From: Balanoglossus misakiensis
Taxonomy: Eukaryota > Animalia > Hemichordata
Length of the DNA: 64,000 nucleotides
Assembly (NCBI GenBank): GCA_040954595.2
Contig: CM082579.2
Coordinates: forward strand, 3,399,227-3,463,226
Direction: 5' to 3'
In this document: piece after piece, positions 25,201-37,200 of the stretch
Position numbering within the stretch: position 1 is the stretch's first letter
Layout: the number at the start of each line of letters is the position of its first letter
Position numbers and translations under genes: made by a program
The notes under the pieces: generated by a model
What the model was told of the DNA's origin: nothing
What the model saw: only the letters and a program-made list of their open reading frames with translations
Database searches by the model: none

Positions 25201-28200
25201 CGGTCAATGTACTAGGAGTTCCACCCAAAATCCGCTGGCATTCACGGAGCATACACATTCCTTTGCGATTTACTAAAGTTTCATTGTCTATTGTTTCACG
25301 TAGTCATTTGGCGTCCATTGTTCTAAGAACTGACGGTGGATCAGTTATTATAATGCAAAAGACCGCCACGGTCATTGCCCTCTTTAATATAGAGGGCATG
25401 ACCGAGGTGTACTTTCGCGCGTTGGCAAGGAAAGCCAAAATTCTACGAAGTCTATATACGAAGTAGCGCCGCTACTGGTCAAATCAAAAACGACCAGAGA
25501 CACAAGCTCCAAGCATTCTGCGTGCACTATTATCTTATCAGCAATCTTCATGACAAGACGGAAGTCAGTGGGAGGATACTCCCATGTCTAACACAGCTTG
25601 ACGTCTGCTTTTGGCCCAATGTCAGCAATAGTCTCCTCACATGTCTATCACAACATTGAAAGACGTAACATCGAAAATATTGCCATTTTTTTCGATTGAC
25701 AAACCAGTCTTGAGATATGTGCTATTCATTTTTCGGGTTACCAAAATGGTTGCCGGTAGCAACTGGTGACCTCTAGCGGGATACATCCATATGCGAAAGG
25801 CCACAAAATGAGTAACCTTGGTGTCATTTTAACTGTCTGACTGGCCTGACCTTGTAAGTCTGGGGAATCTAGCAGGGCGATATCTTTCTGACGAAGTTAA
25901 TCCAGGCCAAGCTAACTCTGGTTGTCTATAGGAGCACCGCGCCCTATCAGTGTGCGAGGGCACAGTCCCTCTGTAACATACAGTGATATAGGGACTGAGG
26001 CGCGGATAGGGGAACAAACCGGCATGGCACACTCGGAACTGTGAGAGTCTAGAAAACAGCCGGCTACATTAAAACAATGCCAGTCTGGTATTGAAATGAG
26101 AATGTGTCCCAAGACGATGTGCGTGAATGCCTCAAGTGAATGCGAACTATCTCCATCCACGGTCGACCGACATGTTCGCGATCCATCTGTTTAATACTGT
26201 CAACGCATGGACGGGGGTAGCCCATGCGTATCCAGCGAGAGGGAGTTTGAATCAGGGGAAATACTGATTGTAGATGATGATATTTCAGATAAATAAATAA
26301 ACGCACGTATGTGAACGCATATTAGCCTTGTCGAGGGCTTTCCGATACAATTCAGATTTCCGCCCAACGTCGTGTTGGCACAAGTCTGGACACGGCCACG
26401 CCAACAGTAAATAGCCGTCACAGAAGATGCGTGGCCACGGTTGGCCCCCATAAATCCTACTTGACAACCCCAAGTCTGTTTACAAACAAAGTTGTCCGTG
26501 AATTGATGGACCGTCCACAACGGTGGCGTAGAATCCATGGCAACCGCTTGGCGGCACAGAAACTCGACTACTGGGCGGCCTGTTGTCCCATTGGCAAACG
26601 AACCCACTCTTTATAACGGTATTGCGGGCTTTTCATGAGCGCTTTTAGTATATTTTGACGATTATACGGTTCTTCAATCTTCTCCCTGAGCCCACAGACC
26701 ACAACATATGCAATCGGGTGCGATACCCGTTTATTCTTTCACTTGTTCACATTTAGATGTACAGCTACAATCAGAGATTGATAATTAAAATATGTGTGTA
26801 TACCCATCAGTAGACCAAACATAAGTTTGAAAGTAAAATCATGACAATAACGCAAAAAATAGTGGCAGCTCGTGGGACTTGATTTGAATATCAAGCCATC
26901 ATTCCATAATACGAATAAATGTCTACATATAAATAGAAACACTGTCTGTCATTGCCCTTTCCCCGGTAAATGACCCCAAAATTCAACGCAGTGGTCCAAG
27001 ATGGCTGTGGCAGCATATAATAGGGAACAAGTTATATGAAACCACGTTTTTTATTTAATAGTAAACAGCGACGTTATCAAATGATCATTTTGTTTCGAAT
27101 ACCGATTGTTTTGAATATGTGAATATTTTCCAACCGGTGACAAGGATATATCGTGGTATAGGCAACCCTCCATGTGACTGAAACAGTAGACCATATAATT
27201 ATTGGTCACAAATTTGTGAATTTTAAAGACTGACGTCCAATTTGTGAATATTTAATTCGGGCTTTTAAAATGAACTTTTGAAAAAAAAAATACGTTGAAT
27301 AATCTCATTATCACTTGCTTTGGTCACACGCTGCTCAAACTCTTTCCATAAATAGACATTTTTTTCAAACTCGTGACCATTGACGTCATTGCTCGTTACG
27401 TAACGCCCGTGAGAGAATACTAGGAACGGAACCTAGTTCAAGAGTCCGTATAAATATGCATACATTTTAGTATCATTTTCAAAACATAAATCTATCAACA
27501 TAATATCGTGTGACGTCAATAGTAGTGGATTAATGTAATCCACTACTATATGCTACTTTTTGTTGACTGTGTGTGACTGCGTACGTTTTGGAGTGAAATT
27601 CAATAATTAGCCACGCTATCGAACATGATTGTTCCATGCCATCGACGAGTGTATTGTAAATAGAAAAAATCAACATTTCCATCAATCCATAACAAGTCAC
27701 AAAGAGTTGTTTTAGGGACCGGAACTATGTTTTGACCTCGGTTAAATATTTCGGGGGGGGGGGGCTCTCTCTTTTCTCTCTGTGTGTGTCTCTAGTCTCT
27801 GTCCCCCCCCCTCTCTCTCTCCCTCTCGCTCTCTCAACTTATGCCCAACTCACAGCCACTTGAGCAGTCGTTAATTTAGGATCACATAACGTTTTTATAT
27901 TATTTTAGAAAATCCCAAACGGTGCCACAGTATTGGCATTCATCCAAGTTGTTGCGCATCGGAAGTAGGTCTACACAACAGCACGCATGCGTCGCAGTTT
28001 CCGTCGACGTTCTTTCCTACTGAGAGCTGTTACCATATGGCCGGATTAAACAAAAATATTAATACTGGGGATTATCCCTTTTGACAAATTTATTTGTCGT
28101 CAAATTCGGGACAATCTACGACTTTCGTATTTAAATGTGGAGACACCTGTGATAAATATTGTTATTTGCTATACAAGGTGAATTAATATATAAAGTTAAT

Positions 28201-30450
28201 GAATCGGGTCTCTTAAATACGTCACAAAAACACAGAAATCTTGACTAGAATCTTCAGATGCTCCCCCCCCCCGTGCACCTGTGGTTTGTTCAGGCGAACA
28301 TATTCCCAGCCAACGTGACAAGTCGTTGCGCATCTGACAACCTTCTGAAAACAGGTTGTGGCATGCATAAAAATAGATGACCCTTATTTGAACACGCAGA
28401 CGATATCCATAAATAATTGGCAAAGGCATGCATCTCATTGTCGCTATACACAGCACAAGAGTGTCGAGTACCGGCGATGCTGCCAATCCTGGTTATATCC
28501 ACACAGGCATAATTAATCAAAGTATTTCTGTCTCAAACATCAGACGTCGCGTTTTATATTTATTGAACCAGTTACAATCTATTGCACATTCATCGACGGA
28601 AGAGTATAGCATGGACCCTGGCTAGCCAGTTTAATTTCTTTTCGTGTTTTTTTCTGATGTCTGACCAAAGAAAAAAAATTAAACTATTCAGTTTGGTACC
28701 TTAGCAAAAAAAGCTCAAATGTACTGTTGCTGTTTTGATTTCAAATCAAATCGTCTTGAGTTTGAGGGCGTTGTTTCATTCCATCAGCGGAACACCTGGA
28801 GAAGACGAAGACGTCGACTATCTGAAGATGTTTGAGGTCCAAATGAACTTGAAGAACCCTTTCCAGCATGTATATCAAAATTGTCACCAATGCTGATGCA
28901 ATTTTCTCGCCCAATAGCTCTCTGAAGTCTCCACAGGTATATATACCTGGCGTCATCTTCCTCAAAATCTTCCACAGTCATCACCCAAACTTCGTTTTAC
29001 ACCATGTAGGCGTTGTCATGGGTACAAACTGGGACCAATGTTCTAATACCCATGGTGGCCGTTCCACTATGTTCACTACAGGACCAGTTCACTGAAAAAT
29101 TTACCTGTTGACTACATGTTATGGCAAGATTCCATTAGCCACACCCCCCCCCCCCCATAGAGGGACTGTTTTTATGGGTATCAGTCATTCTCGACAGGCA
29201 GCCGAGGGGAGAGATGTTAGGTGAGGGTCAAACAAGTCAAGGGCACGGGACTCGTCGGGAAAATACAGCCAAGATGACAAAGAGAGCCGATGAATAGCTG
29301 TGGATCCACACCTGCGGGTTATAGACTCTATAAAATCGGGTTACATAATTGATTGTAAAAAATACCAGACAAATGTCAGCCTTGCCCGCTTCCTGTGCGT
29401 CCACTCCCGTCGAATGCCCCCCCCCCCCCGGCAGCACAACCCCACAACTTTATCAATCAGATCTGTACGTATGATGAAATCACGGGTCCATATCGCATAA
29501 TTTTATCTGACAGACAAGGTGTTTCATTACGATGACTTGCATATTACAGTGCCACAAGTCATGTGGTGGTACCGTGGTTCTGATGATAACCAGCATGTTG
29601 GTCAGAAAAATCAATTTTTATCACGGTACCTGATGACAAGCAAATCTGACCCGTCGCTTTCCGTCGTGACATTGTTAGTATTCCGAAATTAGCACTTCTG
29701 AGATCAAGAATAGCCTAAAATATTTAAACAATTGTCTCTCATGGGTAATGGTTGGAATAAGCTCTACCGAACACTGCAATTCCATGAAAAAAAAAACGTT
29801 TGCCACCTGCGGGTGTAGGAACATAAATGTCAATGACGCACTCTGTAATCGCAGCCTCGATGACATTTGCACACGAAATTAATTCAACCTACGCACACGC
29901 ATGGTATATGAGTATAAATTATGATTGATATTTCCTTTAGAATTTCACGTGACAAGGTGTGTTCACCCGTACCCATGCCCTGTTGAGTACCGTGATCAAC
30001 GTCGTACTATCAGTCTACATCCTGTCGGGTTAGTTTTTTGCATACATTAAGTGTTGTAAATATTATCGTCATGTGACTTGCACGTGCTGCTGTCCACTGG
30101 TGGGTACGTCGACATCGAGGATGCTTTATACAAACATACACAAACTGGGGTGGGATGTCGATTGTCAATAAAAGATCAACTACATGTATATACGAGGCTC
30201 ATTACCTGCAAGGTGTGTGCAAGTAATCTGTGTGTGTTCTTACTTATCATCTTTTCATCCTGTGACTTTTAGAACTTTTAGCACCTTGTCAATCTTTTGT
30301 TCTCATTTGGAATTATCTAGTGTAATTATTAAATTAAACATGTGTTGCCATGTCAATTCACAAGTCAATTCACGAGCTGCTGAATTGTAATCTCTATAAA
30401 CACACAATCAGATACGCAACAACAACAATAACACCAACAACAATGTAATG

Positions 30451-30494
30451 ATAGATGGATAGATAGATAGATAGATAGATAGATTAGATAGATA
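30451..30494. repeat. (GATA)n microsatellite
   Basis: Direct reading. Confidence 0.92.
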
Positions 30495-31239
30495 GTGTAT
30501 TCATGTTTATGACGCAATAAGGTTGCAATGACTCCTATCCATTACTCACCCCCCCCCCCCTTTGCGATGACCGGAGGATGTTGCAACTCATCGTGCCACA
30601 GCGAATGATTGTGAAGACCAGAAGGCCAAAAAAGTAATTGAGCTCGTCCTGCTATTTCGAGAAATACATATATAGGTGAAGCAAAGCCGTGATATGGCAA
30701 ATCCTATCTCTCTCCAGGCAACCCCCTTCTCTCTTCCCCACTCTCTCTCATCCTCACCACCCTCCCTCTCTCTGTCTCTCTCATCCCCACACAAGATGAA
30801 ATACCCGACCAGCATTCCAAACATATCTCTACCTTCAAGTAGTTCTAATCCGTTTACAAGATGCACCTGTACAGTAATCGTAGCCTCTACACTGCGGAGA
30901 AATCGAACATGAACCTGCAGGTGTGCAGTGTAGGCCTACCGTATAGCGTATACACGGTACCCGCTGTCACCTCACGGGTCGCCGGGTTCAAGACAGTGGA
31001 CTGTACAAATACGGTGCCCTTGTTGAAAGTTGTGAAGTGACCGTGCATGTCTTTGCACCGGGTGACCACAAGAATCCATACAGTTGCGTATATTTTTGAA
31101 TGAATGCATTCCGATGCACTCGCGCGTAAAAGCTGAGAATAGTCATTCAAAAATCAACAATGAAGATAAAAATAGACCGTATCTCCGGGTTGAGGTGTTC
31201 GGCTTCTTATTGTCTTCTTGTTGTACTTCTTGATATAAC

Positions 31240-31276
31240 TACAGTCCGTCTATCACACCTCTATAGAGCGACTGTG
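31240..31276. mobile_element. 37-bp TIR remnant flanked by a 7-bp target-site duplication (P-superfamily-like footprint)
   Basis: ATATAAC [TACAGTCCGTCTAT cacacctct ATAGAGCGACTGTG] ATATAAC; 11/14 inverted-end match. Confidence 0.55.
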
Positions 31277-33915
31277 ATATAACCAAAGAAGTCTATACTT
31301 GTACTTTACGACTCAGTGCACTGTTAGAATTTAATGTATTTCATTAATATCATTTTCAACAAAACCATGTGGCATGGTAAGAGCCAAACTTTTCCTGTAT
31401 TTTTTATTTCATTCACATGATATTTCATTCTTAGAAACACTGGGTCTTTACACACAGAGTTTCAGGCAGTGACAAGGCCGCCATGTCCGTTTGACTCGAT
31501 AAAAAAATACATACGTCAATTTGAATCAAGATGGCAAAAATGTGTCCTAAAATACCAGCCTATATTTTCTGGTTTGTCCCCTCGCCGCGTAAAACCTGTG
31601 ACCTGTATCGTATAAAGCTGTGGTAACACATTAATAAAAATACAAACATTGAAAGACATCAAATAAAATTTACAATCTAATGAGAAACACCACTTATCAA
31701 TGTCTAAACATGGGGCTCATGCGTTTAAAATCATTATCCTTGATAATGTGCTATAATCCACCTTTTATTCGATCAGCCAGAAATCTGATACGGATCTCTT
31801 TAATATGGTCCACGCTATAATCGGATAATTTAAAAAAAATTATATATGTACTGTGAAATAGGATTGCAGGTTTTAAAATACAAAGTGGATGGCTCCATCG
31901 AGGAATTTCATGTATTTACATTTGCATCGCTTGACACATAGGCCAATACAGACGTGACGCAAATGGCAATGTTTACACAGCAGGCTTAGAGTGGAATTGC
32001 CATGGCGACGTGGATGTAATGATGATGGAGGTGGTGATGTCATGATCCGTGTAACCATACTGTGATACAGGTGGACTTCTACTTTGTCACTGCAGTGCCT
32101 GCACTGTCTATAATTGCAATCAATCTCGGACTGTAGGTATCACAGGATGAATGTTTTGTGAGCTCCTTGTTTGAAAATGCATGTATAGACATGGCATATG
32201 GCTGGAGCAATATCCGTCAAAGGAAATATCAGCACTATCTCCGGCCATGCCCATGGTCTAACTACGTCACACAATCACGATAATGATGTTTAATGTTTAT
32301 CTACATGTATACACAAATGTCTATTCACGATCCCTCCTCAACCGATCGGCTTGTGGAGGGGCTGTGGTCTAATTTTACTTTTTTCGGCGACTTTCATAAT
32401 TATACCGATCAAATGAATCGAGAATATGCACGTCACCAAATGATCGTAAATCCTACCCTGAGAATAAAGGACAAAACACAGACAGACTCTGAGAAAAAGT
32501 CTCGAAAGAGGTTTAGGAAGGGTTACATCGTCAAATTATGAAATGAAAGCAACGTGGGCGTGAAAAAAGACAACTTTCTTTGTTACACAACATTACGTAA
32601 CAACCGCGGCAATAGGCGATGACGTTGGGTCACGAGTTTAGAGTGCAGTGGAAAATCACCATAATAAATTGAGTGTCCGCACAAGATGTTGCATTAAAAA
32701 CCATTATGATCTATTGTTTTGAGGAAACATTTGGCGTTGAAAGACAGGACAAGTTCACGTCCCTTTCTCTTGGAGACTGCTTGACCATTGACTTTTCCAT
32801 TTCAGAAATTTCGCCAGATTTCGCCCTTAGAGTCGCATAAAGCACATGTCATGTCAAGTCCCACACACATGGCCGGGCTCAATCGCTCTACAGATTGCAG
32901 TAGGCACTTTTATCGAGGCCCCAGGCAACGTGAACGGACATTTTGCTCCAAAAATACATAAACGAAGCAAATCATCAGTATCACCAGCAATATTTGTGTA
33001 TTACGAATGACTTTCTTTTGTATGTTCTTATTGTTGTGTCTCTGTGGTAGGCATACTGGGGCACACACCTGTCTTTTGAGCATGTAACATTCAATGTAAT
33101 AACAAATATTTTATGGATATCCCCCACCTTTTCTCGTTCCCCCATTTTCAGTTAAACTTTCGTGAAAATGAGCAACATATAATTTGAATAGGCAGACACT
33201 CATATTTACGACTCAGTCAGGTATTACAATAGGAAACACACCTGCACGTTGCAGGATCTACGTTATAAAATTAATTTGGAGATGTATTATAAATCATGAA
33301 TATAATTTTTAGGAAACATTTCTCACTCAAAAATTCTCTCGTGTGCAAAACGCAGACCTGTCATACTTATGCAAATTGATTACCGCATAATGCATTTTGG
33401 CGGAGATCACGCTTCCTGTGTGTGATCTCGATGACCTATGGTGAATGAATGGGTGATTACGCACACGATAAATTGTTTAAACCTGTACTGAAAGAAGTTT
33501 TAGTTTATTTCGTGAAAGGGTCATTGTTAATTGGCAATTTTCACGTATTTAAATACAGTTACATGCTAAGGGTGGGTGACAGCGGCGCGTTTGGACGGTT
33601 TCGGGTGGATAAAAGGGCGATAAAGGCCGTCGTCAGGCGAAGTATATTTCTGAACTAACATGTATCTTCTTTAGCCAGCTGCAGCACAAAATAAAAACAT
33701 CGTTGTGGGATTGTACATGTCACGTGGGCGCCACGCCTGGTGACCTATTTACGATTCATGCACTACAACACGGGAACGCAACTCTTAGCCTTTTCGAACG
33801 GAGCTTATAAACCGCAGTTGCGACGAGAAACAAAATATTGTATTTCCATGTTCGCCATGATATTCACGTGAAACCCTTGTCTTCCCGCTTCAACCTAGCT
33901 ATTTGCTCCGTTGCT

Positions 33916-34204
33916 ATTGGCGGCTGAATCTATTACGTCACTAAGTGAAAGCAGGCTACTAGGGGCGGCCCAGCAGACCATATACGCGCGAAAACTTGCC
34001 TCTGACATTGATTGATGACTAAAAGCTTATTATGAATGAACAACCAATAAGAGCTAGCCGGGTAATTGTCAGCTTAAATTACCTATTCTAATTTAGTTTG
34101 CAAATGAGCCATACTTTGTTATGGTTCCCGGTTGGCGCGATTTCAACAGACTCGTGTGAATACGCTCAGCAGTAACATTGCCAGTGTTTTCCTCCGTAGC
34201 GACC
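33916..34204 (+). promoter_or_regulatory. Candidate promoter/5' UTR of SLC6 gene B
   Basis: ATTGG 33916, CRE-like TTACGTCA 33933, GGGCGG 33963 and CCAAT 34044, just upstream of a Kozak-like gaccATGG. Confidence 0.45.
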
Positions 34205-34276
34205 ATGGTGAAGAAGTCAATCCAGTTCGATAATCCAGACACTACCTATGAGGAAAAGAAAATAGGGAACGACATT
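34205..34276 (+). CDS. SLC6 gene B probable exon 1
   Basis: gaccATGG; [24 protein letters not shown]|gtaagt; phase 0 matches the acceptor at 39640. Confidence 0.7.
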
Positions 34277-37200
34277 GTAAGTATCTAACTCTCAATTAGC
34301 CCGTTTTTAACCGGCATTCTTTGGCAATCGACATTTAGGGAATGGGAAACGCCGAATGGAATGTCATTCGGGAATGTACGCCATACATGGCCGCCGGCTT
34401 TCAACATAAATACAACGATGCTCACGCGCTGGCACCGGAGTCTACACTTGTCGTCTCTGAAGAAGTGCTGTGTTTACATATCTCGAGAAGACCATAATTA
34501 TATCATGGTGACATTGCCTATGTTGCGAGAAGGATTTGAAAACAGGGAAAACACAAAATACTTTCCATATGCTGCTTAATTCATAAAATAATGTCAATAG
34601 TACTGTACGTATTCGGTTTTCTCTTTTATTGTCTGAGATTGTGCACATCACTGCAGAGAAATAGTGATGTTGTGTTGAATGACGATGCGATATCATATCG
34701 GTACATTTTTGTCTGTGAAAAGACGAGCTATTTTGACCCAGGAATCGCAAGAAGTAGGAAAAAAGCAATGATTTTAAAAATTTACAAGTACGCAAGGGGA
34801 AAACAGAGAAAAGCCGGGCCATGCGGTGGACATGCCCATGATTATGCATACATGTATATTTATTGAGTCATGTGACGAGAACGGCGCCCACTGTAGTGGG
34901 CGTGGCGCCTGTCATAACAATACGTTTTAACCAATAGCAAGTCGAAATTCTTAATGTTTGTAAATAAACATTGGCATGCACACGTGCTTCTCTCATGAAC
35001 AAATCCTTCAAAGTGACTTGTACAAATTGGTGGGTTCTCACAGGAAGGTTATATACTCCCATTCATAACCGGAAGATTTTTATCTTGATAAATTAAACCT
35101 CCAGCCTGAATCTATCTTCCTGGAAAGAATGGGAACCTGGCAGAAAATTAATTGAATTCAAAGATACATCCGTAAATGCGTCAGAATGTGTAATGTTGTT
35201 ATACAGTATCGCATCCACTCTGTTGTGGACTTGTGTGTACGTGTTCTCCCTGACATGTTGTAACATTGTCATTGTCAAGTTTTGCGCCCAGCACAATTTT
35301 CATGACCATCATAACAACGAAATCTAGCTGCTATTTCACTGGACAGAATATCTCCACTCTTTAATAAATATTGTGGGGTTTTTTTTGGAAGTCCCAAAAT
35401 TTCCAATTCACTTTGTACTCCATCATGTATGAAGGTAAACATAACCGATTTAACCTAGTCATCGTGAGTCTGTTCGCCACGCTTATATAAATCCTGATCC
35501 TGTTCTATGCTTCCTTGTTCACCATCGCTAAGGAACGTAAATATTGGCCCAGAGCCAAGTTCACAGTGACTCTGCTAGAATTAACGCCCTATACAGTCGA
35601 CTAGTTTGCTATCACTTCGTTTAGCTCTGTTTAGACGTCCAAATGCTTTTATGTATTTTTAAATATTCATATTCAACTGCACATAAACAAATAATTTAAT
35701 GTTTGGGGGGATAGACCTTTGCATTACCAAGATATTGACGTGAGGCAGTGTTTATGTCATTGGTGTGTTATCCTTGGTCTACAGACTACTACGGATGTTT
35801 TTCAGCTAGTTTCCTCGATGCGCGATGTGGTATTCCTAGAAAGTATGGATTGTGACCCTGGATTGTGGTCGAACTGTCCTTGTCTATTTAGGGGAAAAAT
35901 CTAGCTTGAACCGGATACTAGACAGCTGTTCCGTTTCATTTATTTTGATATTTTACATCGGTTGGTATGTAGTTCTCTGGCTCCACAGCATACTTGACAT
36001 AGCTTTGAACCAGTATTGAGATGCTGAGTGCTGGACAGTGCTAGGGGCCATACATAAAAATTTACGTCTTTTAAGTTGTGCCCTTGACCTTGTTATGATA
36101 TACTAGTACTTGTGTATTAGAGCGCGGGCTGAGGAAAAGTTAAAAAAAAATCAGCAGCTGTGTTCATTATCCACAGTCCCATCTTACCAGGAGATGACTG
36201 ATACAATGTCATGATCAATATTTACCTTTCTTCCTTATGGGGTTATGTAATCGTATTATCTTCACACCCAACTTCAAGTTCAAGGTGGTCTTGTCCCATC
36301 ATGCCCTGTCATGTGTTCCGGCCATCACAAGAAGGGGCACCTATGTGTAAAAATAGAATGAGTAAGCACATGATCTTTTTGCATCTTTTGCTGTTTACAC
36401 ATTACAAATCTTAATAAAGAAGCTGATTATCACTTCATAATCACAATGTATTGTGTGTGAATGTGTGTTACTGACAATAAATATGTAGTTTTACAGATTG
36501 CAAAACAGGCTATTGCATTATAATAGTCAGTACTAAAGGTTTCGTTTGCATTACAATCATCAACAGTAAATAAATTCTGTGCGAATAGAATGTTGGCAGC
36601 AAGTTGTAAATTTTAGGGAACCTCAATGTTATCATGATCATGAAGCATCTCATTCTGAAACCGAAAATGCATGAAGTTTTCCCCTGTAATCTGTTGATGC
36701 CGTTTCTAGTCTTTGAGGCTTTTCATTCGGTCAACCGGGGTCGCCGTCGAGTTGACCCCTGCTTGTTTCCAATTGTGGAGACGGAGAAAACGTGGATGAA
36801 GTACTCTCAGTGAAAAATTGAGCTGTGCGTGCGCTCTAATTGGAAGCCCTGACGAGTTGACCAGAGGTGGTGTTTTTAACGCCGTGACGACCACGATGAA
36901 CGGAGTTTTGAATCACGCGGTCGGAAATCTGCAGGTAAAAGTGTTTACGGGGAGAGAAAAAAAACGCGCGATAACACCGTTACGTTTGGCAGTTTGACAG
37001 AAATGACGACGAGAAGAAAAGATTGGTTTGGGGGTCCTGTCAACCTGTTATTTCGACACCATTTGCATTTTATTGTACGACTAAGAGTTTCAGATTCCTC
37101 GGACTGAAACCGTTGCGGTTTACACCGGGATACACCGAAGTTTAGTTTGGAAACACGATGCATTTTCATTTTGTAAAAAAATGTGGTTTTGACATGGGAA

